Below are positions 57,751 to 64,000 of a DNA stretch of 64,000 nucleotides, piece by piece. A program made the translations under genes and the position numbers. How positions within the stretch are numbered: the first letter of the stretch is position 1; each line of letters begins with the position of its first letter. The notes under the pieces are model-generated. The model saw only the letters and a program-made list of their open reading frames with translations. It searched no databases and was not told the DNA's origin. Source of the DNA: a bacterium (GTDB taxonomy: Bacteria > UBA8248); the NCBI GenBank assembly GCA_965202625.1, contig CBDBBI010000010.1, forward strand, positions 1,888,001 through 1,952,000, in the 5' to 3' direction.

Positions 57751-58941
57751 ATGAGCTCGACGAGAGATTATCCTCGCTATCCGGAAGCCGAATACGCACG
57801 TCGCTACCGCGAGATCAAAAAAAAGATGCGCGCGCGGGGCATCGACGCGCTTATATTCTATGGCGACTCCGGAATGCAGGGCGGCAACCAGGCCAACCTC
57901 AAATACGTCACGAACTACAAAGACCCGGTGAGCAGTTTCCTCGTCTTTCCGCTCAAGGGCGCGCCCGCCCTTTTCATATCGAACCGGCTCTATCTCCCCT
58001 ACGCCCAAAAGATGAGCGTGATCAAGAAAACCGAAGCTGTTGACTACGAGCCGGGCCCCAAGGTGGAGAGGCGCATTCGGGAGCTGGGGCTTGAGAAAGC
58101 ACGCATCGGCCTAGTGGGTTTTCGCGGCATCCTGCCCGTATCCATGCCCTATAGCGTGGTGGATCATTGGCAAAAAACCTTGCGGGGAGCGGACTTCACC
58201 GACGCCTCGGACATCCTCGCGGAGGTGCGGCTCGTCAAGAGCGCGGAGGAGCGCAAATGGTTCAGGCGCGGGGCGGGGCTGACGGACCTGGCGTTCGAGG
58301 CACTGGAGAGAAAAGCGAAGGCGGGCATGAGCGAGTTCGAGCTCGCCGCCATCATCTCGGGCGCATACGTGCCCAGGGGCGGAAGCCCGCAGCTCATCTT
58401 CGTGGGTTCGACGTCCATGGCAAGACCGCGCCTGATTTTTCCGAACCAATTCCCCTCCCACCGCAAGATCAGAAAAGGCGACGTCGTCCTCACGGAGCTG
58501 TCCGCAGACTATGAAATGCACCCGGGCCAGGCGCACCGACCCATCTCCGTGGGCGCCGCGCCAACGCCCACCTATCAGAAGCTCTACGAGGTAGCCGTTG
58601 CGGCCTACGAGCGCATCTTCAAGGCGCTCAAACCGGGCGCCACGCACGAGGACGTCAGGCGAGCGGGCGGCATCATCAAAGAGGAGGGCTTCACTACCTT
58701 CGACACGACCTTTCACGGCTGGGGTCTGCTCATCGAAAACCCCCGAATCGACGTGGACGCCACCATTCTCCAGCGCCCCCAGAACGCGATCACCTTCGAG
58801 GAGGGGATGCTCATGGTGGTTCAACCCAACGTTTGCACGGCGGACGGCAAGCGCGGCCTCCAGGTGGGAAACCTCGTGGAAATCACCAAAACCGGCGCGT
58901 GCGCACTCCAAAAATTCCCCATGAAGTTCATGCGGATATGA
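57751..58941 (+). CDS. M24 (pita-bread fold) creatinase/prolidase-like protein
   Basis: EY.RR....M...GIDAL N-domain, R.VKS.EE, LKPGA and HGWGL. Confidence 0.88.
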   Translation: MSSTRDYPRYPEAEYARRYREIKKKMRARGIDALIFYGDSGMQGGNQANLKYVTNYKDPVSSFLVFPLKGAPALFISNRLYLPYAQKMSVIKKTEAVDYEPGPKVERRIRELGLEKARIGLVGFRGILPVSMPYSVVDHWQKTLRGADFTDASDILAEVRLVKSAEERKWFRRGAGLTDLAFEALERKAKAGMSEFELAAIISGAYVPRGGSPQLIFVGSTSMARPRLIFPNQFPSHRKIRKGDVVLTELSADYEMHPGQAHRPISVGAAPTPTYQKLYEVAVAAYERIFKALKPGATHEDVRRAGGIIKEEGFTTFDTTFHGWGLLIENPRIDVDATILQRPQNAITFEEGMLMVVQPNVCTADGKRGLQVGNLVEITKTGACALQKFPMKFMRI

Positions 58942-59036
58942 CCAGGAAAGAGCGGGGAAAATCGGCTGCAAACGTCAAGGCGGGAAGCGTTCGCTCCCTC
59001 AAACATGAAATAAAAATCTGAAATGTCCTGGTTTAA

Positions 59037-59285
59037 GGTTTTTCTGTTTTTGAATATGGTCCGGGCGAGATCGAGCTGGAAAAAGGCGACGCCGAAATTG
59101 CGGGGCTGATGTTCAACGCATGGTTTGACTCAGGCGCTGACGCGAGCTCTGCCATAGGCGAGAATACAGCCCTCGACGCCAGCTACCGGTTTCTGGACAC
59201 TCGCCATGAGTCCAAATCTAGCACTATAACGTATGAGAAATTCCAGGCCCGCGCATTCGTGCTGGGTCTCAAGTTCACGTTCTAG
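59037..59285 (+). pseudogene. Remnant of an opacity-type outer-membrane beta-barrel gene
   Basis: Frame reads ...GLMFNAWFD...ENTALDASYRFLDT...FVLGLKFTF*, ending in a terminal Phe beta-signal. No start or signal peptide, and central strands are missing. Confidence 0.65.
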
Positions 59286-59298
59286 CCCGATTCGCACG

Positions 59299-59329
59299 AA
59301 GCCGGCCCTACTGATGCGGGGCCGGCTTT
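59299..59329. terminator. Probable terminator hairpin between convergent genes
   Basis: AAGCCGGCCC...GGGCCGGCTTT inverted repeat. Confidence 0.6.
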
Positions 59330-59342
59330 GTGTGTGCATAAA

Positions 59343-59786
59343 TCAATTCGTCGGCATGGCCTTGATTTTCTCGCGCAAATCCTCAGCCAGTGGAGAACCC
59401 ATATTTTTCAGATTTTGAAAGTCCGCTAGGGCGGCCGCCCGGTTTCCGGCCATGACGTGGGCGACGCCTCTGTATTCGAGGGCTGGAGCGTAGGCGGGCT
59501 TGATAGAGAGTGCTTTGTCGTAGGCGGCGATGGCGTCCTGCGCCCGGCCCATCATCCGCAAAGAGTAACCCAGCATGTTGAAAGCCTGATAATGCTGATC
59601 GTCCGCTTCCACGGCTTTCTGAAACAGCGCAGCTGCTTCTTTCCACTCTCCTCGCCGCGCTTTTTCCTCTCCCTGGGAATAATGCGCTCCGACCAGTTCA
59701 GATCCCTGGGGGTCGCCCGCCGGATAGGATGGCACCGCCAGAGCGAGCGTCCCCATGAACGCGAGAACGACGGACAAGGTTTTCAT
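59343..59786 (-). CDS. Secreted TPR-repeat protein
   Basis: Signal peptide, then about three TPRs (AFNMLGYSLR, ALEYRG); AGGAG RBS. Confidence 0.88.
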   Translation of the reverse strand: MKTLSVVLAFMGTLALAVPSYPAGDPQGSELVGAHYSQGEEKARRGEWKEAAALFQKAVEADDQHYQAFNMLGYSLRMMGRAQDAIAAYDKALSIKPAYAPALEYRGVAHVMAGNRAAALADFQNLKNMGSPLAEDLREKIKAMPTN

Positions 59787-59866
59787 GGCGTCATCTCCTT
59801 ATTATTGAAACGACGGCTTTTTAGAAGGCGCGTTCTTGGCGCGCGCTGGGCTTCTCCCGCATGACG

Positions 59867-59907
59867 AAAAGGGGCCACCATTCGCCGCTCGGGTCAACGA
59901 CGGCCCC
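59867..59907 (-). terminator. Probable terminator of the atp operon
   Basis: GGGGCC...GGCCCC stem followed by TTTT on the minus strand, just after atpC. Confidence 0.5.
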
Positions 59908-59922
59908 AAACGGAAATGTCCG

Positions 59923-60348
59923 CTAGCCGCCGAAGCCGCTTTCGTTCGCTACCGAAATACGGGCGATGGCGCGTCTCAGGGACAATTCGGCTCGATCGAA
60001 GTCCAATCCCTCCTCCGTCCGTCGCCCCTCCATGCGTTCCTGCGCGCGCGCTCGGGATTGGGCCGCGCGCGCCGCGTCAATGTCTTCGGCCCGCTCAGCA
60101 CTCTCCGCCAGAATAGTTATTCTGTCGGGTCCCACCTCGGCGTATCCCTCAATGATCGAGACGAAATACCGCGCGCTGCCGGAGCGATAGCTGAGGACCC
60201 CGATGCCGAGCTGACAAAGATAGGGGGTGTGCTGAGGCAGGACGCCAAACTCGCCGTAAAACCCAGGGGCCGTCACCTCGTCCACTTCGGCGGAGACGAG
60301 TTTGCGCTCCGGAGTCACGATGTCGAGAATCATCTTGCTTTTGGCCAT
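59923..60348 (-). CDS. atpC: F1 ATP synthase epsilon subunit
   Basis: IVTPER, GEFGVLPQH and AERAEDID. Confidence 0.96.
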   Translation of the reverse strand: MAKSKMILDIVTPERKLVSAEVDEVTAPGFYGEFGVLPQHTPYLCQLGIGVLSYRSGSARYFVSIIEGYAEVGPDRITILAESAERAEDIDAARAAQSRARAQERMEGRRTEEGLDFDRAELSLRRAIARISVANESGFGG

Positions 60349-60351
60349 GCG

Positions 60352-62741
<2,390 letters not shown>

Positions 62742-62748
62742 TCTTCAC

Positions 62749-63999
<1,251 letters not shown>

Positions 64000-64000
64000 C

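Overview
GC-rich bacterial chromosome window with about 50 genes; I found no rRNA, tRNA, CRISPR array or transposase. In order: (1) peptidoglycan-recycling/amino-sugar genes (slt-like, anmK, nagA, D-aminoacylase, M20 peptidase) around a lower-GC type II-like restriction-modification pair whose nuclease is frameshifted; (2) orphan TRAP SBP, K+ channel, bioD, TusA-like gene and a class II Fic gene preceded by 12-bp-periodic repeats; (3) an fba-fbp-OmpA/MotB-MBL-Nudix operon; (4) a type III-like RM module whose Res subunit has an extra HEPN-like C-terminal domain and whose mod gene is broken in its variable region; (5) a degenerate GAF-GAF-GGDEF gene coupled to an mreB with no mreCD; (6) a minus-strand run with a hidden UGA-recoded PrdB/GrdB-like selenoprotein (UxxC plus SECIS-like hairpin), a thiol dioxygenase, hydrolase, APC-USP transporter, CoA-transferase and divergent ECF sigma factor; (7) an ~18 kb catabolic cluster with three DHPON-hydrolase-like paralogues, FAH, E1 alpha/beta without E2/E3, CMD, LLM, a metal-ligand-less M24 enzyme and Dpp-type transport parts; (8) the 3' half of the atp operon. 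Several unannotated gene remnants (cupin, aroE, dnaQ-like, outer-membrane beta-barrel) point to ongoing gene erosion. All family calls come from motif recognition by eye, not database searches.
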